NCBI GenBank assembly: GCA_043228905.1 | Contig: JBHGNT010000003.1 | Span: 18,910,001-18,974,000, forward strand | Source of the DNA: Azolla caroliniana | Taxonomy: Eukaryota > Plantae > Polypodiophyta | Direction: 5' to 3' | DNA length: 64,000 nt | In this document: one piece after another, positions 25,634-37,700 of the stretch | How positions within the stretch are numbered: the stretch's first letter is position 1 | Layout of the letters: each line of letters opens with the position of its first letter | Program-made: the position numbers and the translations under genes | The notes under the pieces: generated by a model | Told to the model about the DNA's origin: nothing | The model's input: the letters and a program-made list of their open reading frames with translations, nothing else | Databases searched by the model: none

Positions 25634-26549
25634 CTCGTTTCACGTCGAGTTCACCAAAGATGTCGCCAAAATACGACGAGGACACGCGAACTTGAGGCAG
25701 GACCCCGGGGCCTTCGACTAGAGGACATCACATTCGTGCTTTTATATTTTTTAACAATTAACGGAAATAAGAAATTTAATAATTTTCATTAACAAAGTAA
25801 AAGAAATTACAATATGTCCCAAGATTGGGATTACAAAAGTTTTATCTTAAGGAGATTACTAGAATAATAGATTAGAAGATACTAAGATATGGATTCAATA
25901 GAATTTTAGGGTTTTTGGCTTTGATAAGAGATTATGGTTTATGAGTTCAATAGCTTCCGTAGGGAAATTTAGGGTTTATGAGTTCAATAGCTTCCGTAGG
26001 GAAATTTAGGGTTTATGGCTTCCATAAGAAAATTAGGGTTTTTGAGTGTTATGGCTTCCGTAGGGAAGATTAGGGTTTTTGAGTGTTATGGCTTCCGTAG
26101 GGCATTTAGGGTTTATGAGAGTTATGGGTTCCCTAAGATAAGGGAGCTGAGAAGGAAAAGAAAAAAAATAATGGAGAGAGAATCTGAGTATAGGAAAAAA
26201 ATGGAATATATATGGAGTTCCCCGTTGATCATATGCATGTCCACTTTTTGTTGCATGGCCTCTACTTTTAGTTGCATCCATTTTTAGTTGCATGACTTTT
26301 TCTTTTAGTTGCATGATCTTTCCACCTTTTCTTTGCATGCCTTCCAAATTTTTGCATGCGTTCACATGGCCTTTACTTTACTTTAATTAACCACATGATC
26401 TTGTTATCCGTTCATTTTGCGTCCAGCCTCGTCCGGTCGCCGATTGCCGCCGCCTCACCGGCTACGCCGCCGGTTCTGGTTTCCTTACCGGCCGGTTTCC
26501 GGTTTTGCTTACAGGCTGATTTCGGTTTTGCTTACCGACCGGTTTCCGG

Positions 26550-27629
26550 TGTCGTGAAGTACGAAAGCTTCACATTAAAAGTCTACAATAAGATAAATAC
26601 GTAACTAAAATAAAATAAAAGTTGATAATATTTTATACATAAAGATAATATTAACAACACACTATGATAATATTATACATTATATGTAGAGGTAAATAAA
26701 TAAATAAATATGTTACATTACATGGACGAGAGAGGACTTGAGCCAATAAACCCCACCTTATGACACTCAAACCTTACCATTTAGCCTATACTAATAATTT
26801 ACAAGAAATCATATGCATTGTTTTATTTCAAGTAATATTTTATAGTCTAAACCATGTAATATACTACAAGCACACCATATAGCATATCACATGGGCAAAA
26901 GAGGACTTGAACCAACAAACTCAACCTTATGGCATTCAAATCTTACCATTTAACCTATACTTGTGATATGAATCAAACATATGTGTTGTAATATTGTATG
27001 GTTTAAACCAGGAAATGTATTACATGTGCACCATATAGCACACATGCAAGAGCCTCTCTGCATGTACGCCATGTGGCCCACATGTAGAACCATCTCTTCC
27101 CTATAAAAGGAGAAGGGAGTATGGTCACAAGGGGGATCAAAGGAATCAATCAATATCAAAAGAACTATATTATATATATATCAAATAGGGTTATGTTGTA
27201 AGTGATATCACAATAGAGAAAGAAGGAAAGGAAGTTCAACATAAAGGTGGAGCTCTAACTTGGCGATCATGGTGGTCAACTCTCAACAAGAGAGAGGCGG
27301 TTCGAGCCTTATCTTCATCAAAATATTGAAGTGAAGATTGTTGTGGCCTACTATAAAGAAAGAGAAGAGCAATTATCTTGTGAGACCAAGTTCGAAGGAT
27401 CAACGACGCTTACAATCACTTTTGTAACTCTTTCATCAAATAATTATAAATCTCTTTTATTCCTTCAAATATCGTTCAATATCCTTTCTTGTCATATCTT
27501 GTTGATCTCTATTTACTCTATCTCTACTCTTTCGTCTCTTCCGTCCATAATCTCAGTGATTCCTTCCTCACTTTCACGATACCTTTTGTCTACGCAACGC
27601 AACGCTTCTAGGCAAGCCACGCCACGACA
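26550..27629 (+). mobile_element. Solo LTR 'Y' (1080 bp) inserted in element B 5' LTR
   Basis: TGTCGTG...CACGACA termini, perfect CCGG duplication, TATA CTATAAAAGG at ~27102; it interrupts the GGTTTTGCTTACC repeat tract. Confidence 0.85.
26732..26958 (-). promoter_or_regulatory. Two tRNA-like A/B-box modules in solo LTR Y
   Basis: On -: TAGG(C/T)TAAATGGTAAG...CATAAGG...GG(C/T)TCAAGTCC, at 26733-26788 and 26902-26957. Confidence 0.55.
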
Positions 27630-28301
27630 CCGGTTTTGCTTACCAACTGGTTTCGGTTTTTGCTTACCGGCCGGTTCTGGTTTTGCTAACCGGCAAGTTC
27701 CGATTTTGCTTACCAGTCGGGTTCCAGTAGGTTTTGCTTACCGACCGGTTTCCAATTTTGCTTACCAACCGGTTTCCAATTTTGCTTATCGGCCGGTTTC
27801 TGGTTTTGCCTACCGATCAATTTCTGGTTTTGCTTATGGGCCGGTTTTTTATTTTTGGGAACTTAGCCACCATCATCCATCAAGACAAAGTGGCCAAAGT
27901 GTTCTTAGCACAAATGAAAAATGAGGGATCTCAAGGTGCTTATATAGCCAAAGCCTTAAGTTTCCTATCTATGTGGGATAAATCATAGTTCTATTTTCCA
28001 TATCTTCTCAAACATCCATCTTTCTATAACATGCCATTAAGCTAATATAAAGTACTTATTTTATTATTATTATTTTTTACATAGTGTGAGAAGATTCACA
28101 CCACAACGCCCCCATACATATGATGCATGTGAGGGTACAAGACATGCATACAATGCATGGAATGCATATGATGCATGTTTGCCATTTGGCGCTCATGCAT
28201 TACATGTGATGCATGATAACCATGTCACTCAATTAAGCTCTAATATGAGAATTTACATGTAAAACTATAATGATAGAAAAAAAAATTCTAAGGAAATGAC
28301 T

Positions 28302-28360
28302 TAGCTTAGTGGTAAGTCTACTGTCTCCTATCTTGGAGGTGCAAGGTTCAAACCTTGCTT
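28302..28360 (+). promoter_or_regulatory. tRNA-like A/B-box module in solo LTR X
   Basis: TAGCTTAGTGG 28302-28312; CTCC-TATCTT-GGAG stem; T-arm GCAAGG-TTCAAA-CCTTGC. Confidence 0.6.
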
Positions 28361-29294
28361 GCGTCCCTTTGTATACAAACTTTTACTAGGTTTTTAGTCT
28401 AGATATTTTGTTTGTTTCACACCGAAATCGTCACAATCAACCTATCCGATCGATCCGTCTATCCAGTCCATCCGGTCCGCATCTGACCTCGTGATCCGGT
28501 CTATCTGATCCGGTTCTAGTGATAGTGTCGGTCCCGGTTTTGCGTCGTCCACCATTTCGGTTCCGGCTCCGTCGTCGTCTGTTTGGTTTCGGTTTCAGTT
28601 TCGGTTTCGGTTCCGTTGTCGGTTTTGTGGTCGTCCGATCACCCAAAACCATTACAAGTAGTTAAGCCATAGTTTAGCCCAAGAACATTTTCTGCTCCAC
28701 TTATAGACAAAAAGTAATAAGTTTTGGCTCTGCTTATATAATGTGGGATCCTGTTTTGTCCTATCTATGTGGGATATCTCACAGTTTTGTTTTTCTCTTC
28801 TTCTTCTCAAACTTCCTCAAACTTCACACTCACATAACTTGACACTAAGTTGTCCATTTCACATGTAGTAAAATGCATTCGGAAGCTCTTGAAGACATAC
28901 ATCCTTTCATACCAAGATATAAATAATATCTTCATTATTATTGTTTCATATTGTGTGTGAAGAACCACACTCGATTTTGTACATTCCATGCAATTTTCAC
29001 ACCGTTGCCGAAAATCTTCACGACAGCGTACCGCTAGTTCCCCATGTTGTTGTTGCGTCTGCTGCTTTTCTAAGGATATTTGTTGAAGATCCCCCAACAA
29101 TCGTTGATTTTCTTATTCAAAAGCAAGGAACTTCTCTTTCAAACATTGTAGCTCTGAGAAAACGGATTGATATTCTTGAGCGCTAACAGTGGCCATAGGA
29201 TGAGAGGAAAGAGGAATAAGATATTAGTATGAAGGGAGAGAAACGTAAGAAGATAAAAGGAAGAGGAGGAAAGAGATGCAAAATCGGTTCAAAC

Positions 29295-29520
29295 TATCAG
29301 GAATAGTACTGAAACAGAGATAAATTAGTACTAAGAGATGCATATTAGTACTAAGAAGAAAAGAGGGTGCAAAATAGTCGAGAAAAGGACAGAGAGAGAG
29401 AATGATGATAATAATGATATATTATGTGAAAGAATGTACAAGAATAGCGAGGAGGCTTAAGACTGGTGTTGAACCATTTTAGTTCGAAATAATGCCTTGT
29501 GCCTCCTTTTATAGTGTTCT
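29295..29520 (-). repeat. Partial 5' LTR of chromovirus
   Basis: Direct repeat of 12519-12802 with a shorter GA tract; ends at TTTTATAGTGTTCT where the Copia LTR begins. Confidence 0.85.
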
Positions 29521-29829
29521 TGTTGAGAATCAAGCTCAACTTGGTCTAGTGTGTGAACTCACCATGAGAGTGAATAGACCCTCCAACAGTCAAGAGTCAC
29601 CATTATGTCACCACTTTGTATTCTAGCATTTAGTATGAGTCATAGAATCATATTCTATGACACATAACTTATGAGCTTTCACATTCCCCATGCTCCATGA
29701 GTCTTGTAATTAATGAAGAGAGAGGGTGACTATATAAAGCACCCTCCTCCCACCTTGTATGTTGTTGAGTCTTTCTCCTTTGTTAATATACTTTACCTTG
29801 CGTATTCTCTGTGTCTTACTCCTTGTCTC

Positions 29830-29892
<63 letters not shown>

Positions 29893-31122
29893 CACACACA
29901 CAACTCATATCTATTCCGCTGCATAGAATCCATCTCTTGATTCTTTACATGGTATCAGAGCGACTTGGTAGCTCGATCTAGCCCATCCGTGTGCGGTGTG
30001 TCCTACGTCGACAACCAAGAACCAGCTCATCGTTATCGTAGCCTCGCTACATAGCTCGCATTCGAAGAGAGAAGAAGCAGAAGAAGAAGAATCGACATAA
30101 TGAATACTCAAATGGGGAGCGCTCTCTCTACCGAGAAGTTGGATTGAAACAACTTTGCATCTTGGGAGTACAAGATGCACCAATACCTTGTCGGACAAGG
30201 CTATTGGAGCTACATCAAAGGTGCGCACGAAGACCAACCCGTCGAAACGGCTCCCGGATACGCGACATGGGAGCAAGCCGCAAGTCACGTGATGTATTGC
30301 TTGGCGACATGTGTTCAGGATCACATGCTTGGCTACATTCGCGAAGCCAAGACGCCGAAGGAGGCATGGGAATATCTACGAAAGATTTTCGCGGCGAACA
30401 CAACCGCAAGAAGGCTTCAACTCCGCCAAGAGTTGAACAACACTCAACAAAGGGACATGTCCATCACGACATACACCTTGAAGATCAAGGAGCTTTGCGA
30501 CTCACTCGGCTCGATAAGTGTAAATATCGATGATGATAAGATGGTGCAAATCTGCCTCGGTGGCATTGCACCACGGTTCGGCGCGATGCGAACCGCTGTT
30601 CTAGCAAGGGAGAAATCTCCCTCCTTCTTCAAGCTCCAATCAATGCTATTGGTCGAAGAAAACCACGTGCGCACAAGGAGCAATGAGTCGGAAGGCCACA
30701 TGCTCTACACGCACTCGAACAGAGGAAGAGGACGCGGACGAGCGAGAGGCCGATTCGGCCAAGGACAAGGAGGACGAGGTTCGACCTACGACAACAACTT
30801 CCAATTTCGGCCGCAAAACGAAAGCCAACGAGGAACCTTCGCAAGAAGGGGGAGCTTCCACGCCGGCCCGAGCCATCAAAACGCAACCAAATGCGGATAT
30901 TGCGGAAAGCTCAGCCACCACGAAGAAGAGTGTCGAAAGAAGATGCACGAATCGGCTTCCACAAGACGAGAACTCACGAATTACACGCACAATTCCGACT
31001 ACGAAGAGTATAGCGGAATGTACAGGCACAACTCTGACTACGAAGATTGTGGCGGAATGTATGCACACAACTCCAACCGTGGTGGAATGTTCATGATGAA
31101 ACATAGAGCAAACTCTACATAA
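29521..31122 (+). mobile_element. 3'-truncated Copia (5' LTR 29521-29949, PBS, gag only)
   Basis: TGTTG...TTACA then TGGTATCAGAGC; gag with an early stop, ORF 30175-31122 (ARRLQLRQELNN, CGYCGKLSHHEEEC) similar to the Copia-1 gag; no pol. Confidence 0.85.
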
Positions 31123-31304
31123 GTGCACATCACATTTACACTTTATGAATTTTCATAGTGCACTTTTAACACCTTACATTTACCCTTCCTTTTTTACATT
31201 TGTTTCTTTTACAAATCGAAGTCCAAGTGCATGTGCAATGTTGCACATCCCCATTTTATCCATCCCACTTGGTTTTCTCACCATGGCCGAAAATCTTCAC
31301 GACA
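31123..31304 (-). mobile_element. LTR fragment of the TGTCGTGAAG family
   Basis: Ends GCCGAAAATCTTCACGACA like 29025; resembles 11298-11480 inverted. Confidence 0.65.
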
Positions 31305-31714
31305 ACGTAACCTATGTATGTGAACGTAATACACAATTGAGGTATTAACCTTGTATCCATATGACACGAATCACATATCAAATATATGTCAAATGAGGTA
31401 TTGACCTCATACACATATATAAACGTTTTATACAACCAATTAATTACCACTACAACATCATTGAATCAATAAAGAAAAAAAACATATTCACTATACATAA
31501 ATAGATTAGGAGAAGAAACAATAGAAAAAAAAAAGAGTTACCAAAGTTCCTTTGTTGATCATTATCTGGATCAAGGTCGAACGCACATTGATCAATCACC
31601 ATCCATCAAGAAGACAACAAAAACCAACAAAAGAAACATTAGAAACATAAGCTCTGATACCGATTGTTAGAGTTATGATCTAACGTAAGCATATGATAAG
31701 GATAAAAGATATAT

Positions 31715-34700
31715 TGTTGGGAGACAGGTCCCTCCGAATGGGAAGGGTGAAGAACAGTGTCGATGAACAAACTCGGCCGAGGCCGAAACCGTATGAGGTG
31801 CAGACCCGGTATGAACCGGATGAGGAGTACCCGGCTACAGAGAGCCGGATGGTGCAGACCCGGTATGAACCAGATGAGGAGTACTCGACTACGGAGAGCC
31901 GGATGGTGCAAACCCGGTATGAACCGGATGAGGAGTACCCGGCTACGGAGAACCGGATGAAGAGACATATTCGTAAATATGTTTTCTGATAGTCCACCGA
32001 GGCTATATTTGTAAATAGCCGAAAAGTCATATTAGTATAAATATGACTTAGGGCAAACTAGTAACTGTTGTTGTTGTTTTCCTTTTGTTGGTACAAGAAG
32101 AAGAGAGAGCACGTAACAGTGTACAGAGAGAGAGAGAGAAAGAGGTCGTTGCCTCTGTTGTAACCGCCACCTGTGGCGAAGATCGTGAGCACGAGGTCGT
32201 TGCCTCAGTGAACTCACTGTTGTACATTCTTACATAGTGACAGTTTGCAGCCTGTGGGCTGCCGTGGTTTTTCCCCTAGTTTGGGGTTTTCCACGTAAAC
32301 CTCCTGTGTATTTTCCTCTTCTTTGTGTCGTGTTTTATTTCCCGTTTTCTGTGTATCATTCTAAGCTCGGTTGTGGCCGAGCGTTGTGCATAAGGAGCGT
32401 TGAGTTCCTGGCAAGTGGTATCAGAGCAAAACAACACAAAAAATGGATGAATCATTTGGCGGCATGTTCAAGCTCACCGACTCCAACTATTCAGTGTGGA
32501 AGTCGAAGATGAGGGACATGCTCGTGGTTAAAGACCTCTGGCTGCCGGTTTAGTTCGGGGACAAGAGACCGGACAAAATCGACGCCGCGATATGGGAGGT
32601 GATGCACATGAAGACAACAACGTACATACGGTGCTTCATCGACATGAGCATGTACAACAACTTCAATGAAGAGAGCAAGGCTCATGAGCTCTGGGAGAAT
32701 ATCGGCATAATGTTTCAAAACAAAAATGTTGTTAATCAAGTTTCGGTATTCCGGAAGCTAGTAAGACTCTGGTACCAAGATGGCTCCAGCATGGAGGAGC
32801 ATATGAATGCCTTCCAGGGGCTGATACACCAGGCAATGTCATTGGAAGTACCTCTTGCCGATGAGGTACTAGCGCTACTCCTGATCGGTTCCCTCTCGGA
32901 TAGCTGGGAGACGTTGGTTGTCACTTTGGGCAACGCCGGGCCGGAAGGAAAACGGTTATCCCTAGCAATAGTAAAGTCGAGCTTGCTAGATGAGGAGGTG
33001 CGTCGGAAAGACAAAGATACGAGCTCCGACTCCAAAGCGCTCCTTACCGAATCGGAACGCGGAAGACATAGAAACCGTAGTCCCCAGAACCGGGAGAAGT
33101 CGGGGACACGGTCAAAGTCAAGGGGGAGGCCTACTTGCTTCTATTGCGGCAAGCCGGGACACTTCCAGAAGAACTGTCGGCACTTCCGTAAAGACAAGGA
33201 AACCGACGGCACCGATTCGAAGCAGACACCGGACCGGAACGGTAAAGACCATAGGGGATCGGACCGGAAGGGAATGACGGCAATCACGGCAAGTGAAGAG
33301 GAGTTGATGCTCATCACCGAGGAGAGTGAGATAAACCTTGCCGGCGACGAGATGACCTGGGTGGTAGACTCCGGAGCGTCGTTCCACCTTACCCCGAACT
33401 GGAAATACTTCTCATCTTACTCAGCCGATGATCACGGCTGTGTCCGGATGGGGAATGAAGGTACATGCCGAATTGTCGGCATAGGAGACGTGTGGCTCTC
33501 GACACCAACCGGATGCAAGATGTTGTTGAGGGATGTCCGACACGTTCCGGAGGTTCGACTGAACCTGATATCAGCCGGTCGGCTAGATGATGAGGGCTAC
33601 ACGGGTAGCATCCGGAACGGTGTCATGAAGTTCAGCAAAGGGAGCCTGATTGTGGCTCGGGCCCGGAAGGTAAACACTCTATACCTGATGAATGCCCGGT
33701 TATGCCCGGAAGAAGTGAACGTGGCATCCGACACTGCCGGTGAGCTGTGGCACAAGAGGCTGTGTCATATGAGCGAGAAGGGGATGAAGAGGCTTGCAGA
33801 CGACAACCTCATTCTAGTGAAGAACGTGCACTTAGAGAAGTGCACTGATTGTCTGGCCGGTAAGCAGAACCAGACCTCCTTCCAACCAAGGCCACCAATG
33901 AGACGCAATGCACCACTGCAGTTGGTGCATACGGATGTGTGTCAAGTAGACACGAAGTCACATGTCGGAGCGCAGTACTTCGTGACGTTCATAGATGACC
34001 ACAGTCGGAAGTTGTGGGCCACACCGTTGAAGACGAAGGATCAGGTGTTATCCGTCTTCAAAGAGCTCCACGCAAGAGTGGAAAGAGAAACCGGCCGGAA
34101 GCTGAAGGCGGTTCGAACAGATAACGGAAGAGAATATCGGGGGCAGTTCGAGGAGTACTGTCGCTCGAAGGGAATCCGGCTCGAATTTACCGTGCCGAAG
34201 ACGCCGGAACTAAACGGACTGGCCGAGAGGATGAACCGGACCATAATGGAGAGGGTTCGGAGTATGCTAACGCATGCAAAACTACCCAAGAAGTTTTGGG
34301 CTGAGGCATTGTCGACGGCGACATACGTGATAAACAGATCACCCTCAGTACCCTTGGACGGAGACACGCCACAGAGAGTATGGACCGGTAAGGAAGTGTC
34401 CTACCGACATCTGAAGGTGTTCGGGTGTCTCGCGTACGTGCATGTAGCAAAGGACCGGAGAGGAAAGTTAGATCCAAAGACCCTGCCATGCATATTCCTC
34501 GGTTACGGTGACGATGAGTTCGACTACCGAGTGTGGGACCCGGTCGACAAGAAGGTATTCCGGAGTCGAGATATTATCTTCATGGAGGACAAGACGCTCG
34601 CCGACTGGGAGTCGGAGAAGAAGATAATGAACTCCGAGTCGACCGGTAAGGATCGACTCTACGATGAGCAGACCCAACCGGCGAGAGACCGGTTAGCACT

Positions 34701-37700
34701 CGAAGAACCAGCCGGATACGGTGAGGATACCGAACTGGCAGAAGAAGAAGTAGATGAAGTTGAGACCGGAACCGGCCTAGACCCCGAATCGGATTCGGAT
34801 GAAGAGCAAATAGAGGAGCCGGCTACCGAAGCCCAAAGACGGAGATATCCCCTCAGAGAGAGAAGGGCCCCCCGGAGATTTCTGGATGCAGAGCATGTTC
34901 TGCTGACCGATGAGGGGGAGCCGGAAAGCTTCAAAGAAGCAAAGGAAGACACCCACAGCCGAAAATGGTTAAGTGCCATGCAGGATGAGATGGATTCCCT
35001 GCATGAGAACCATACGTACGAATTGGTGGAGCTGCCGAAAGGTAAACGGGCACTCCGAAACAAGTGGGTGTACAAGTTGAAACCGGGAGATGCCGGAAAC
35101 CCCCCGAGATACAAAGCTAGGATCGTGGTGAAGGGGTTCCAGCAGAAGAAGGGCGTGGACTTCGACGAGATATTTGCCCCGGTAGTAAAGATGACCTCCA
35201 TCCGAACGGTGCTGAGTATAGCGGTAAGCATGGACCTCGAGGTAGAGCAGCTGGACGTGAAGACGGCATTCCTTCACGGCAACCTCGAAGAGGAGATCTA
35301 CATGCAGCAACCAGAAGGATTTGTGGAGAATGGGAAGGAGCACCTGGTATGCCGGCTGAAGAAGAGCTTGTACGGACTAAAGCAGGCTCCCCGACAATGG
35401 TACCGGAAGTTCGATTCCTTCATGACCGATCAAGGGTACCACAAGATGCAGGCCGATCACTGCGTGTTTGTGAAGAAGTTCGAAGGAGGAGACTTCCTAA
35501 TACTCCTTCTGTACGTGGATGACATGTTGATCGTCGGACGGGACCAAGTCAAAATACAGATGCTGAAGAAGGCTCTCAACCGGACCTTCTCGATGAAAGA
35601 CTTGGGTCCGGCAAGGCAGATGTTGGGGATGCACATCATCCGGAACCGGTCAGCGAAGCAATTATGGCTGTCACAGGAGAAGTACGTGACAAAGGTGCTT
35701 CACCGGTTCAACATGTCAGATGCGAAACCGGTCGGATTGACACTTCCGGCTAACTGCAAGCTATCCGGTAAGCAAAGCCCGAAGACGAAAGCAGAGAAGA
35801 CGGATATGATGACGATTCCATATGCCTCTGCTGTCGGGAGCTTGATGTACGCAATGGTGTGTACCCGACCGGATATAGGATACGTAGTCGGAGTGGTGAG
35901 CCGGTTCATGAGTAATCCCAGCAAGGAGCACTGGAACGCGGTCAAATGGATACTCCGGTATTTGAAGGGCACTTCAAATATGTGTCTCCGATTCGGCTCC
36001 GGAAAACCTCAACTGGACGGTTTCACCGATTCGGACATGTCGGCTGATGTAGACACCAGCCGGTCTACATCCGGGTATGTGATGACATATGCAGGGGGAG
36101 CTGTTTCGTGGCAGTCGAGGCTGCAGAAGACGGTTGCATTGTCAACCACGGAGGCGGAGTACATGGCGGCTGTGGAAGCAGGCAAGGAAATATTATGGAT
36201 GAAGGACTTCATCGGAGAGCTCGGTATCCGGCAAGAGGAATACCGACTCTATTGCGATAGTCAAAGTGCCATCCACCTTGCTAAGAATGCGGCCTACCAT
36301 TCCCGGACAAAGCATATCCAGCGGAGGTATCACTGGATCCGGGAAAGAGTAGATGACCAGGAGTTCACACTGACGAAGATCCATACGGCCGAGAACGGGT
36401 CAGATATGCTGACCAAAGTGCTGACACCTGACAAGTTGAGCGCATGCCGGAAGAGGATCGGACTGGTAAGACACCCCATGCCGGAGTGAAGGGGGAGTTT
36501 GTTGGGAGACAGGTCCCTCCGGATGGGAAGGGTGAAGAACAGTGCCGATGAACAAACTCGTATGAGGTGCAGACCCGGTATGAACCGGATGAGGAGTACC
36601 CGGCTACGGAGAGCCGGATGGTGCAGACCCAATATGAACCGGATGAGGAGTACCCGGCTACGGAGAGCCGGATGGTGCAGACCCGGTATGAACCGGATGA
36701 GGAGTACCCGGCTACGGAGAACCGGATGAAGAGACATATTCGTAAATATGTTTTCTGATAGTCCACCGAGGCTATATTTGTAAATAGCCGACTCTATTGC
36801 GATAGTCAAAGTGCCATCCACCTTGCTAAGAATGCGGCCTACCATTCCCGGACGAAGCATATCCAGCGGAGGTATCACTGGATCCGGGAAAGAGTAGATA
36901 ACCAGGAGTTCACACTGACGAAGATCCATACGGCCGAGAACGGGTCAGATATGCTGACCAAAGTGCTGACACCTGACAAGTTGAGCGCATGCCGGAAGAG
37001 GATCGGACTGGTAAGACACCCCATGCCGGAGTGAAGGGGGAGTTTGTTGGGAGACAGGTCCCTCCGGATGGGAAGGGTGAAGAACAGTGCCGATGAACAA
37101 ACTCGTATGAGGTGCAGACCCGGTATGAACCGGATGAGGAGTACCCGGCTACGGAGAGTCGGATGGTGCAGACCCGATATGAACCGGATGAGGAGTACCC
37201 GGCTACAGAGAGCCGGATGGTGCAAACCCGGTATGAACCGGATGAGGAGTACCCGGCTACGGAGAGCCGGATGGTGCAGACCCGGTATGAACCGGATGAG
37301 GAGTACCCGGCTACGGAGAACCGGATGAAGAGACATATTCGTAAATATGTTTTCTGATAGTCCACCGAGGCTATATTTGTAAATAGCCGAAAAGTCATAT
37401 TAGTATAAATATGACTTAGGGCAAACTAGTAACTGTTGTTGTTGTTTTCATTTTGTTGGTACAAGAAGAAGAGAGAACACGTAACAGTGTACAGAGAGAG
37501 AGAGAGAGAAAGAGGTCGCTGCCTCTGTTGTAACCGCCGCCTGTGGCGAAGATCATGAGCACGAGGTCATTGCCTCAGTGAACTCACTGTTGTACATTCT
37601 TACATAGTGACAGTTCGCAGCCTGTGGGCTGCCGTGGTTTTTCCCCTAGTTTGGGGTTTTCCACGTAAACCTCCTGTGTATTTTCCTCTTCTTTGTGTCG

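Larger units (their letters stand above)
17398..28105 (-). mobile_element. Gypsy-like (non-chromovirus) element 'B', internally deleted, tRNA-Trp PBS
   Basis: 5' LTR 25661-28105; partial 3' LTR 17398-17676 + 23102-~23630 with the same sequence. PBS TGGTGAACTCGACGTGAA at 25639-25656 (-). Flanks ACAC/ACGC. Gag-like remnant below the PBS. Confidence 0.75.
17072..29025 (-). mobile_element. Solo LTR 'X' (~1.24 kb: 17072-17397 + 28110-29025) inserted in chromovirus gag
   Basis: Termini TGTCGTGAA...TTCACGACA; flanks ACGT/GCGT. Removing it restores in-frame gag ELAVR-VQQLEATIV. Confidence 0.8.
12519..29520 (-). mobile_element. Ty3/Gypsy chromovirus (Tcn1/Tf1-like), decayed, gag split by a 12-kb nested insertion
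   Basis: 3' LTR 12519-12978 (TG...CA) with PPT AAAAGGGGAAAG; 5' LTR from 29295, cut at 29520 by a Copia. Domain order gag-PR-RT-RH-INT-chromodomain. Confidence 0.9.

Noticed and set aside
28295-28370. Functional tRNA genes (also 12905-12970, 26730-26960)
   Set aside because: No convincing acceptor stem or canonical anticodon arm; kept only as tRNA-like modules.
31639-32030. Repeat proteins (QTRYEPDEEYPATESRMV)n and other frames, also 36330-37398
   Set aside because: By-product of a stop-free 54-bp repeat in the LTR.
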